IMG/VR virus record: IMGVR_UViG_3300047322_000252
Location: 1-64,000 of that record
Length of the DNA stretch: 64,000 bases
Strand: one strand, 5' to 3'
DNA from: a virus
Positions 9,464-17,890 of the stretch are shown here, piece after piece. Position 1 is the stretch's first letter; the number at the start of each line of letters is the position of its first letter. The translations under genes were made by a program, and so were the position numbers. The notes under the pieces were generated by a model, which ran no database searches, was not told the DNA's origin, and saw nothing but the letters and a program-made list of their open reading frames with translations.

Positions 9464-9549
9464 TTACGTGTGTGAATCTCGTCACACTAGGCCACAATAC
9501 CTAGTGTTCTGACAACAGAAAGGGCCTCTGACCAGCTATTATGTCTCTC

Positions 9550-11100
9550 ATGAGCAACGCACCCATCACCCCTGACAGCCCCCTGGCGGGCCTGTTCGCC
9601 CAGGTCGTCGGCACCGCTGCCGTCGTCGCCGCCACCAACAACCTGGCCCCGGTCCTGTCGTTCGACACCCTGGCCCTCCCCCTCATGGCCCACCAGGTCG
9701 AGGCCGTCCAGCGCATCCACCACGACGTCGCCACCTACGGCGGGAGCTACGTGGGCGATGACATGGGCCTTGGCAAGACGTTTGAGGCCCTAGCGGCTGT
9801 TGCCCTGGCCCCGAACAGCTACCCGGCCCTGATCATCTGCCCGCCCTCTGTCACGCTGAACTGGCGCAACGAGGCCCGCCGCCTGATCCCCGGCGTCCGG
9901 GTCGAGGTGCTGAGTGGCACCAAGCCGGTGCTGCCTGCGCCCGCCGACATCTACGTCATGGGCGACAGTGTGCTCGCCGCATGGGCTGGCCTGGCGGTCG
10001 AGAACTACGTGGACAACCGGGACGTGCCCCGCAAGCGTGACGTCGTCCGGGGCGTGCTCACCGCCATGGGCATCCGGGCGCTGGTGGTGGACGAGGCCCA
10101 CCGCTTCAAGTCCTACAAGGCCCAGCGGGCACGTGCGGCCATGGCGTTCGCCGCCACCCTGCCCCGGGGCGCCCAGCGCATCCTGCTGAGCGGCACCGCC
10201 GTGGACAACCGCTCCGAGGAACTGGCGACGCAGATCCGCATCGCTGGCGTGGATCACGTGTTCGGCGGCTGGTTCAACTTCCTGGAAACGTACGCACCCA
10301 AGCAGGGCTATGCCCGGGTGAGCCGTCACAGTGACGAGCTTCACGCCAAGCTGGTGAGCACCTTCTACCTGCGCCGCCTGCGCACCGAGGTCCTGAGCCT
10401 GCCCGGCAAGGGGCGCAAGCTGGTGGCTGCGGCCATGGCCGGTAAGGCTGCCAGTGACTACCTCGCCGCCCAGGACGATCTCATCGCCTACGTGCGGGGG
10501 ACCAAGGGCCGCAAGGCTGCCGAGGTCGCCAGTCGGGCCGAGGCCCTGGTCCTGCTGACCACCCTGCGCCGCCTGGTCGGTGAGGCCAAGGTGGCTGCCG
10601 TGGTCGCCTACGTCCAGGACCTGGTGGACGACGGGGAGCAGGTGTTCGTGGCTGCCTGGCATGCGCCCATGGTCAAGGCCCTGACTGACGCCTTCGGCGC
10701 CGTGAACGTGGTCGGCGGTATGAAGGTCGAGGACAAGCAGGCGGCGGTCGAGGCGTTCCAGAACGGCACCGCCCGGGTGCTGGTGGGCAACATCGTGGCC
10801 GCTGGTGTGGGCATCACGCTCACCGCTGCCCGCCACGTAGTGGTGGCAGAACTGCCGTGGACGCCGGGAGCGCTGGCCCAGGTCGAGGACCGGCTGGACC
10901 GTATCGGCCAGACACGTGAGGTCGTCTCCCACATCATGCTGGGGACGAACGGCATCCCCACGGTGGACGAGCGCATCATGGCGATCCTCAACGAGAAGGC
11001 GGCAGTCACCGGCATGATCATGGACGGCAAGGCTGCCAGCATCATCGATGACGACACGATCAGCGCCGCCCTGCTGGACAGCTACCGGGACGCCGCCTAG
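9550..11100 (+). CDS. SNF2-family (SF2) DNA helicase/translocase
   Basis: DDMGLGKT, DEAH, LSGT, GVGITL, QVEDRLDRIGQ motifs; -10 TATTAT before a leaderless ATG. Confidence 0.93.
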   Translation: MSNAPITPDSPLAGLFAQVVGTAAVVAATNNLAPVLSFDTLALPLMAHQVEAVQRIHHDVATYGGSYVGDDMGLGKTFEALAAVALAPNSYPALIICPPSVTLNWRNEARRLIPGVRVEVLSGTKPVLPAPADIYVMGDSVLAAWAGLAVENYVDNRDVPRKRDVVRGVLTAMGIRALVVDEAHRFKSYKAQRARAAMAFAATLPRGAQRILLSGTAVDNRSEELATQIRIAGVDHVFGGWFNFLETYAPKQGYARVSRHSDELHAKLVSTFYLRRLRTEVLSLPGKGRKLVAAAMAGKAASDYLAAQDDLIAYVRGTKGRKAAEVASRAEALVLLTTLRRLVGEAKVAAVVAYVQDLVDDGEQVFVAAWHAPMVKALTDAFGAVNVVGGMKVEDKQAAVEAFQNGTARVLVGNIVAAGVGITLTAARHVVVAELPWTPGALAQVEDRLDRIGQTREVVSHIMLGTNGIPTVDERIMAILNEKAAVTGMIMDGKAASIIDDDTISAALLDSYRDAA

Positions 11101-11174
11101 TGGCCTCATCCCTACAGCGTGCATGAGCACGCCACCCCATTGACACTGACACACTCTCACCCCACTACCCCCAC

Positions 11175-11210
11175 GAGCACCCGCCCCCACCAGGGCGGGT
11201 GCTCTCTGTT
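11175..11210 (+). terminator. Intrinsic terminator closing the early region
   Basis: 12-bp stem GAGCACCCGCCC/GGGCGGGTGCTC followed by TCTGTT. Confidence 0.75.
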
Positions 11211-11739
11211 GTGACACCAGGCGAGCCTAATCGGCGCCCATGGGATGCCCACGGCATGAGGCAGAGTGATCAAGTGCATGCCCTGTCTCACCGTCACCCC
11301 CTCCCCTACTGCCTAGCTATGTCAGGCAGTGACACATGCCACACCCCTCCCACCCTAGTGAGCGTGGCGTAGCCACTCTCCCCTCTGCCTGTCGTGCCTG
11401 CTCATGCCCCTATGGGCATGACCTAGATCAACCCTGGCCCCGGTTGTCAAGGCAGTTGTGACAACAGCCTGCCTTGACATACGCCCTCACCTGTGAAACA
11501 CCAGGTCACAGACCTGTTGTGATAACTGTCACACCACATGTGCCTCATGGCACATGTGTTGACAACATGCCCTGACCTGCGGCTACGCCGCCTGTCAAGG
11601 GCTGTGAATCATGTCACACCCCTGTGACATTAATCACCCTGACCGGGCTGCGCCCGGGCTAGGACTCCCATGTGCAAGGGGGGTTTCCCGGGGGACTCGT
11701 GTAGTGGTATATGCACTCGTGTGTGGTACAATGTGGTGC
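11211..11739. other. Long palindrome-rich non-coding control region
   Basis: No credible ORF; inverted repeats at 11445-11479, 11535-11558, 11611-11630; clustered GTTGTGACAAC-type boxes. Confidence 0.65.
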
Positions 11740-12057
11740 ATGAGCGTGAACACCTCCATACGCCTGCCTCTGGACTTGAAGGAGCGGCTACAGGCTGCTG
11801 CTGACGAAGAGGGCAGGAGCCTGAACAACTACATGATCCGCATCCTCCAAGAAGCCTCGAACCTCAGGGAGGGCCATTCGACCCTTGGCAGTTCCCCTGC
11901 CCCCGATAGTATGAAGGGTATGTCCCGAGCGGTGCCGTCGAAGAGAGCGTCCAAGAGGGCCACGGCCCATCAACGGCTGGTGCAGGAGCGGGATGAAGCC
12001 GCTCGCCAGGAGATCAAGAACCGGGTCCTGGGCCAGAGAGAGGGAGGGCCGTCATGA
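11740..12057 (+). CDS. Arc/HicB-like ribbon-helix-helix DNA-binding protein
   Basis: TSIRLPLDLKERLQAAADEEGRSLNNYMIRIL; -10 TACAAT, leaderless. Confidence 0.85.
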   Translation: MSVNTSIRLPLDLKERLQAAADEEGRSLNNYMIRILQEASNLREGHSTLGSSPAPDSMKGMSRAVPSKRASKRATAHQRLVQERDEAARQEIKNRVLGQREGGPS

Positions 12058-12914
12058 CCTTGACCGCTGACGGAGATCCGAAGCTCCTGGCCATCCGGAA
12101 GCTCTACGCCGCAGGGGAGGCCCTGCTGGAAGCCCAGACTGCTCTGGTGAGTGCTGGGATGGCTGACGTCGTGGCCCTCCAGGAGTGTCGCATCAACATC
12201 CGAGTGATGCTGGTCGAGATGGCCTTTCAGGGAGAGGGGCGGGTCGAATGAGGCGGACCGGGGCACCAGTGCCCAAACCCGGTGAGGACCCGCTGGACTT
12301 CATCGAGCGGGTCATCCAGTACCTGACGGTGCCTGATAGGCGCCGGATGGGCGAGCGCACGGCCGGTTACATGCGCCAGGCCATCAAACGGGTCCGACAC
12401 ACGCCGATGAAGCCATGAAGACCCGGGACTACGTCTACGAGGTCACCCTGCGGGTGGTCCACCACGAGCCGCCCAATCCGGACGAGCCGAGCCTCAACGC
12501 CAACACCCTGGCCGAGGCGATGGCGGCGGCTGCCCAGGACCTGACGCCCGAGATCACCGTGACGGTGGCTGCGGTGCTGTTCCGAGGGGAGCAGCCCCGA
12601 TGAACCGGATCAGGATCAACCCCACCACCTACACCGTCTGCGGTCTGCCCGAGTCGGACGTCAACGCCCAGGTGTGGCGCATCACCATCGAGTGGCGTGG
12701 CCCGCTGGACTCCTGGGCCATTTGTCACATCGGGCGCTGTCTGAGCAGTAGGGGGCGCTGGGATCACGAGCCGCTGCCTTCCAGCCGCACCGAGGCCTTC
12801 ATCCGCTCGCATCGTTTCACGCTGGCCGAGGCCAAGCAGAAGGCCATCCAGGCCTACCCGAAGCTGGAGATCAACGGCCTGCGGGTCGAGGACGGGAAAC
12901 TGGTACCGGCGTGA
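12054..12914 (+). CDS. Four small hypothetical genes (12054-12251, 12248-12418, 12415-12603, 12600-12914)
   Basis: ATGA overlaps and RBSs. Confidence 0.65.
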
Positions 12915-13348
12915 CCACCCTGGCTGACGCCGTACACGACGCTCAGCCCACGTGGACGGACTCGGAGCTATCCAGGCGCACCGGCCTGAGCACCAGGACC
13001 GTCAGGGAGCTTCTGCGGCCCTGGACGGGTCAGGTGCGCCAGTTTCGGCGCTACACGCTGGCCAAGCTGGACGGGCCGCTGGGATGGGAGCCGGGAGTGG
13101 CTTGGCGGCTGTACACCGGCCAACCTCTTCATCCTGACTGGGTGAAGGGCATTGACACTGACATTGTTGAGACAACAGGAGGGCGGGAGATGAAGATCCT
13201 GGTGGGGTGGTGGAACCCCAAGACGACCGAACTGGTGGACATCCCGGGTTTCGACCTGGTCCACGACACGGCCGGGTGGCTGCCAGCGGTGGTGGACGTG
13301 CCCCCGCATCTGGCTCACACCCTGCGCATGGGGCTGAGTCAGCGATGA
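12911..13348 (+). CDS. XRE-like helix-turn-helix protein (possible internal start at 13190)
   Basis: WTDSELSRRTGLSTRTVRELL...TLAKLDGPLGW. Confidence 0.7.
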   Translation: MTTLADAVHDAQPTWTDSELSRRTGLSTRTVRELLRPWTGQVRQFRRYTLAKLDGPLGWEPGVAWRLYTGQPLHPDWVKGIDTDIVETTGGREMKILVGWWNPKTTELVDIPGFDLVHDTAGWLPAVVDVPPHLAHTLRMGLSQR

Positions 13349-13611
13349 CGCCGTGCCAGGAGCCTGGTGCTCCGTCTGTGTGGCCCGAGGATTGGGGCAT
13401 CGGCCTCCAGGGTCGGGCCAAGCGCTCGCAGGCCTTGGCCATGTGTCGCACCTGCTCCGAGAAGCGTGACTGTGCCCTGTTGGCCCTGAGAGCGCTGGAG
13501 GCGGGTCAGCCGCCGTACGGCATCTGGGGCGGGATCGCCTTTGTTGACGTAACACGCCAAGAGGAGAAGATCGAGCGTCTTCGGGCGGTAGCGGAGATGG
13601 TGGCGGCATGA
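13345..13611 (+). CDS. whiB: Divergent WhiB-like transcription factor
   Basis: C...CxxC.....C with YGIWGG turn. Confidence 0.75.
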   Translation: MTPCQEPGAPSVWPEDWGIGLQGRAKRSQALAMCRTCSEKRDCALLALRALEAGQPPYGIWGGIAFVDVTRQEEKIERLRAVAEMVAA

Positions 13612-16164
13612 TCGCCTACTACGCCGTCATCGGCGCTCTGGTGGGCGTGGCCGTGGGTTTCGCCATCGTCAAGTGGGTGTGGCACCCCAATCCCAAGATC
13701 GGCGTCAAGACGGCCGACATCGACCTGAACGACCCCCGCTACGTCATCGATGACGTCAGTGCCCGAGCCGGGTTCGTGTGCAAGAACCTCGACGGCATGG
13801 GCTGGTACGAGAAGGGCCACATCGAGCTACCACCCGAGAACCACCGCTGCTGGACGCAGACCTGGGCTGAGATGACGGACTTCACCTTCGTGCGCCGCTG
13901 CCCCTGTGGCGCCATCAGTATGAACGACCCCAGCAACAACGACGTCTACTGGATGGACCGCAACGAGACGAGGAAGAGCCGATGAGCGATCACCAGTTGG
14001 CCATGACCGTGGCTGAGCTACGGGAGTTCCTGGTCGCCCTCAACATCAAGGGCGTGGTCCTCACCGAGGCCCTGGGCGCCGCCTGGCAGTTGTACGGCAC
14101 CGATCTGCGGCCCCAGGACTGGAATGGGCCGGTGGAGCGCCCTCTGGTGGACGACCTGGCCGGTGTTCTGTCAGCAACGGTGGTCGGCTGGGAAGCGGTG
14201 ACCGGGCATGACCTGAGTGAGGCTCCGGAAGTGAAGCGAGTACTGGCCCGCTATCACCAAGAGCATCGGTGACGATCACTCGCCAGGAGGGCTTCTACCG
14301 TCTGGCCCGGGAGTACGTCGCCATGCAGGGCGCTCCCCGCACCCCGGGCGTGTTCTCGGAGTTGTACATCCGGGGCTTCGAGGCTGCCGTGGAGACGGCC
14401 TTGGACCGTCAGGAGGAGGGCCGCACCATCTCTTGGGTCCGGCTGGCCTACGACCGGGTGGTGGATGACGTGCTGTGGATGGAGGAGGGGGCCGGGTTCG
14501 TCACTCAGGGGCGGATTGCGACAATAGTCACACTGCTCCAGTTCGAGTGGGGCCTCCACGGTCAGGGCCAGTGGGTCGAGCGGGACTTCGGGGACGACGA
14601 CATGAACATGCCCGAGTGGATGCACGTCTGCCGCTTGGGCGACATCATCGGTCACAAGGAGAACGACGTGCTGGAGATCTGGCGCTTATGGCCTAGTGGC
14701 TGGGAGAAGTGGGTCGTCTAGTATGAACCGTATGAGCGAGTGGCCGAGGCCCCTGGTGGCCTGTATAGGATTCGGAATGATGATCGCCTACTGGGGCGGC
14801 GTCCAGGCACGGAAGCGAGGCTGGGTCCATGGCTGAGTTCGTCATCGAAGACGAGGGGCTGTTGGAGCGCCTGGAGTTGTACCGGCGCCAACGCTTCGCC
14901 CCGACCCTGGACGAGGCCCTGCGGCGCCTCCTGGACAAGAACCTGCCCGAGTTGCACCAACTCAACGAGACGGAGCACGCCAAGGTCATGGAGCGCCTGG
15001 CCCTGCGCCAGCGCCGGGAGGCAGCAGCCATCGCCAACCGGGCCAAGTGCGTAGGCCTCCAAGGTGACTGAACCCACTGACATTGACATCCGTGACCTGT
15101 TATGGCGTCTCCGTGGTTACGACATGGGCATCTGTGATGAGGCTGCCCACGCCATCCAGGTGCTAGAGGCCCGGTTGGCGTTCAGCAGCGTCGAGCGGAG
15201 TTTGGGTCAGCGAGCGGCCCGTCTGGTGGCCGACATGCTCCAGCAGGCAGGCAGGTACCTGACCCATGGCTACGGCGAGATCAACGAGGTGCTGCTGGAG
15301 GCCCGTCAGCGGGGCTGGCTGGAGCCGATCGAGTGAGCGTCGTGCGTGAGCGCAAGGCCTGGGAGCCGTACATCGTCAGTGGCTGCATCACGTTGGTGAC
15401 GCTCGTGCTGACCGTGTGCGCCATCATCCTCATCATCTACAGCGCCATGTTCGCCGTCGCCACCATGAAGGCGCACTGGCCATGAACTGGCCCCTGTTCG
15501 TCATCCTGGTGTGCTGGGTGTTGGTCGTGTTCTCGGGCGTCCGCTACGTCTGCGTCCGCTGGGGCCACCAGCGCTGGAGTGACTGGCCATGAGCGGCATG
15601 GGAGGCGACAACCACTCCGCTGACGGCGTGCTCAACAGCGGTGGGCCGCTGGTGGCTCTGTGCAAGATGGCCGCTGCCTACATGCTGACCGTGGGTGGGT
15701 ACTACGTATTCAAGACGGCGATCCGAGCGATCCGGGTGATGTGGGACGATGACCAACCGTCACGGTAAGAACCGCAACGCCAAGCGGCGCATGGGCCATA
15801 AGCGCCCCGCACCCAGCGATCGCCTGCCTGAGGGAGTCCACGAGACGAACCTGGCTCCATGGGAGCAGCCCTACGCCGTCCAGGTGCCGTCGATCACCTG
15901 CCCGGTGTGCGGTATGACGAGCTACAACCCCACCGACGTGGCCGAGGGCTACTGCGGCAACTGCCACGACTGGACCAGCCGATGAAGCTCAGACGACCGA
16001 AGGATGGTGTCCATTACTCCTGGTACGACCGGGGGTACGGTACGGAGAATCCCTTTCTGGAAGCGGGCATGTTGGTGGGCATGGGGACGTTCTTCCTGGC
16101 CCTCGCTGGGTTCTCACATCTCGTGGGCCTCTACGAGAAGCTGCGCTATCGGCGGGCGAAGTAG
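13608..16164 (+). CDS. Run of small hypothetical and membrane genes (13608-13985, 13982-14272, 14269-14721, 14829-15071, 15064-15336, short TM ORFs 15333-15752, 15749-15985, 15982-16164)
   Basis: Overlapping ORFs with phage codon usage; 15749-15985 has a CPVC..CGNC Zn ribbon. Confidence 0.6.
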
Positions 16165-16190
16165 GCAATGTCAATGGTATGCTTCGTCAT

Positions 16191-16394
16191 ATGACTGTCC
16201 GAACCACCATCTCCATGCCTGACGATCTGTGGGAGCAGATCGAGCGTCAGCAGAAGGACACCGGAGCCAGCACCAGCGAGATCGTGCGGCGAGCGCTAGT
16301 GGCCTTCTTCCCCGCCCCCACCAAGACCAACGGTCGCAAGGCCACCAAGACGGTGACCAAGGCCCCGGCCCGCAAGCGGGTGGTGCGGAAGTGA
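16191..16394 (+). CDS. CopG-like ribbon-helix-helix protein with Lys-rich tail
   Basis: RTTISMPDDLWEQIE...STSEIVRRAL; -10 TATGCT at 16178, leaderless. Confidence 0.85.
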   Translation: MTVRTTISMPDDLWEQIERQQKDTGASTSEIVRRALVAFFPAPTKTNGRKATKTVTKAPARKRVVRK

Positions 16395-16396
16395 CC

Positions 16397-16606
16397 ATGG
16401 ACCCGGAGGAGCTAGCCATCCGGTTCACCTACCACCCGCCCACTCCTGAGCAGGTCCCTCTGTATGCAGAGACTCGGGTGCGGGCGAAGGAACTGGCCGA
16501 GTACATCGACACGACGGCGCCGGACGGTCGAGAGAAGAGCCTGGCCCTCACGCATCTGGACGAGGTCGTGTTCTGGACCAATGCAGCGATCGCCAGGCGC
16601 TCGTGA
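16397..16606 (+). CDS. Acb2/Tad1-like helical hairpin protein (putative immune-signal sponge)
   Basis: RFTYHPP...REKSLALTHLDEVVFWTNAAIAR resembles the Tad1/Acb2 C-terminal hairpin as recalled. Confidence 0.65.
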   Translation: MDPEELAIRFTYHPPTPEQVPLYAETRVRAKELAEYIDTTAPDGREKSLALTHLDEVVFWTNAAIARRS

Positions 16607-16847
16607 CGGCGGGCGAGCTTCGGACCCTCCTGGCTGACTACCCGGATGATGCTGTGGTGGTGGTCGTCTACCACGAGGCCGAGAGTGAGGACGTCACGGT
16701 GGAGCGGGACGAGAACGACGGCCTCGTGTACTGCGTGATCGACGGGTCGTGACTGACCGGATCACCTTCCCCCACTTCAAGCCGGTGGGGTGGTACGGGC
16801 CTGATGGTGTGCTCCACTACTTCAAGGGTGTGTTAGGGTCCCGGACC

Positions 16848-17126
16848 ATGAACAAAGCTGTGGCATTGAAGATCACGTACAACATCCCCATCGGCCGCTA
16901 CGAGCAGGCCATCGAAGAGTTGGGCATGGCGGAAGGCGTCCACGACGCTGGCGGCGCCATCAGCCATTGGGTCGAGGAGACGCCCCAGGGCTTCATCGTC
17001 CACGACGTGTGGGAGCGCCGGGAGGACTTCGACCGCTTCGTGGAGGAGCGCCTGTCGAAGATCGACATGCCCCCGCCCGACGAGGTCCAGGAGACGCCGG
17101 TCTACAACTACCTGGTCGGAACATGA
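16848..17126 (+). CDS. ABM-like dimeric alpha-beta barrel protein
   Basis: GFIVHDVWERREDFDRF motif; -10 TAGGGT before ATG. Confidence 0.6.
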   Translation: MNKAVALKITYNIPIGRYEQAIEELGMAEGVHDAGGAISHWVEETPQGFIVHDVWERREDFDRFVEERLSKIDMPPPDEVQETPVYNYLVGT

Positions 17127-17440
17127 GAAGGCTCATCGCAGCAGCAGTCATCACGGTGGCCTCCGTCTCTCTGGCCGCTCCCGCTTTCGCAGGGGAGATC
17201 AACGGGCAGGGTCTGCCGGTCGGTGGTGAGGGCCTGGGCGCTGCTCACGCTCACTCGATCTGCGCCTTCTCCGGGCTACAGGACGGCGACGGGCTGGGCT
17301 TCCCCGGTCCTGGTGGGGCACCGCCTCAGAACTGGGGTCACATCCCCAAGGACCAGCGGGGCGTCGGTGAGAACGTGCCGCCCGGTACGTCCTGCAACGG
17401 CCACACCGGCTTCCTCGCCCAGGGTGGGCCAACGCCGTGA
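17123..17440 (+). CDS. Small secreted Gly/Pro-rich protein
   Basis: Signal peptide MRRLIAAAVITVASVSLAAPAFA; two Cys. Confidence 0.75.
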   Translation: MRRLIAAAVITVASVSLAAPAFAGEINGQGLPVGGEGLGAAHAHSICAFSGLQDGDGLGFPGPGGAPPQNWGHIPKDQRGVGENVPPGTSCNGHTGFLAQGGPTP

Positions 17441-17820
17441 GGCGGGCGCTGGCAGTAGCAGGGGCGGTAGCCCTCGGAGCGGCGGTCCTGAGTCAGGTGC
17501 CTGCGAGCGCCGCCCCGCTCAACACGCAGAAGGGCATCGTGTTCCCGTTCGTGACCTGCACGCCCTTGCAGCCCGGACTGGGCATCATCCACACCATCTT
17601 CACGGTGGCGGGCAACGGGAGCGGTCCGGCGTTCTTGCAGGACGGCTCCAAGTTCCAGCCCTACTCGCTCCAGATCTTCTTCAACGGCCAGCAGGTGGAC
17701 GGGTTCTTCAAGGCGCCTCTGGTGCCCTCGGCCACCTACGAGTGCTCCGGCACCGTGAAGCAAGGTCCGGTCGATGATCCGGTGGTGACCAGCTTCGTCG
17801 CCAGGGGCATATTCAAGTAA
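17437..17820 (+). CDS. Small secreted protein
   Basis: Signal peptide ending ASA-A; two Cys. Confidence 0.75.
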   Translation: MRRALAVAGAVALGAAVLSQVPASAAPLNTQKGIVFPFVTCTPLQPGLGIIHTIFTVAGNGSGPAFLQDGSKFQPYSLQIFFNGQQVDGFFKAPLVPSATYECSGTVKQGPVDDPVVTSFVARGIFK

Positions 17821-17843
17821 CCCCTGACCTGCATTGACATTGA

Positions 17844-17871
17844 CAGAGGCCCCCCTTCCGGGGGGCCTCTG
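17844..17871. terminator. Terminator hairpin between convergent gene blocks
   Basis: 12-bp stem CAGAGGCCCCCC/GGGGGGCCTCTG. Confidence 0.8.
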
Positions 17872-17890
17872 CTGTACCAGCGGTGGGACT

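Noticed and set aside
9790-11217. Long antisense ORFs (e.g. 9790-11217, 38610-39989, 53210-54217, 54805-55821, 58931-59890)
   Set aside because: Shadow ORFs opposite well-supported genes, expected in high-GC DNA; no recognisable motifs
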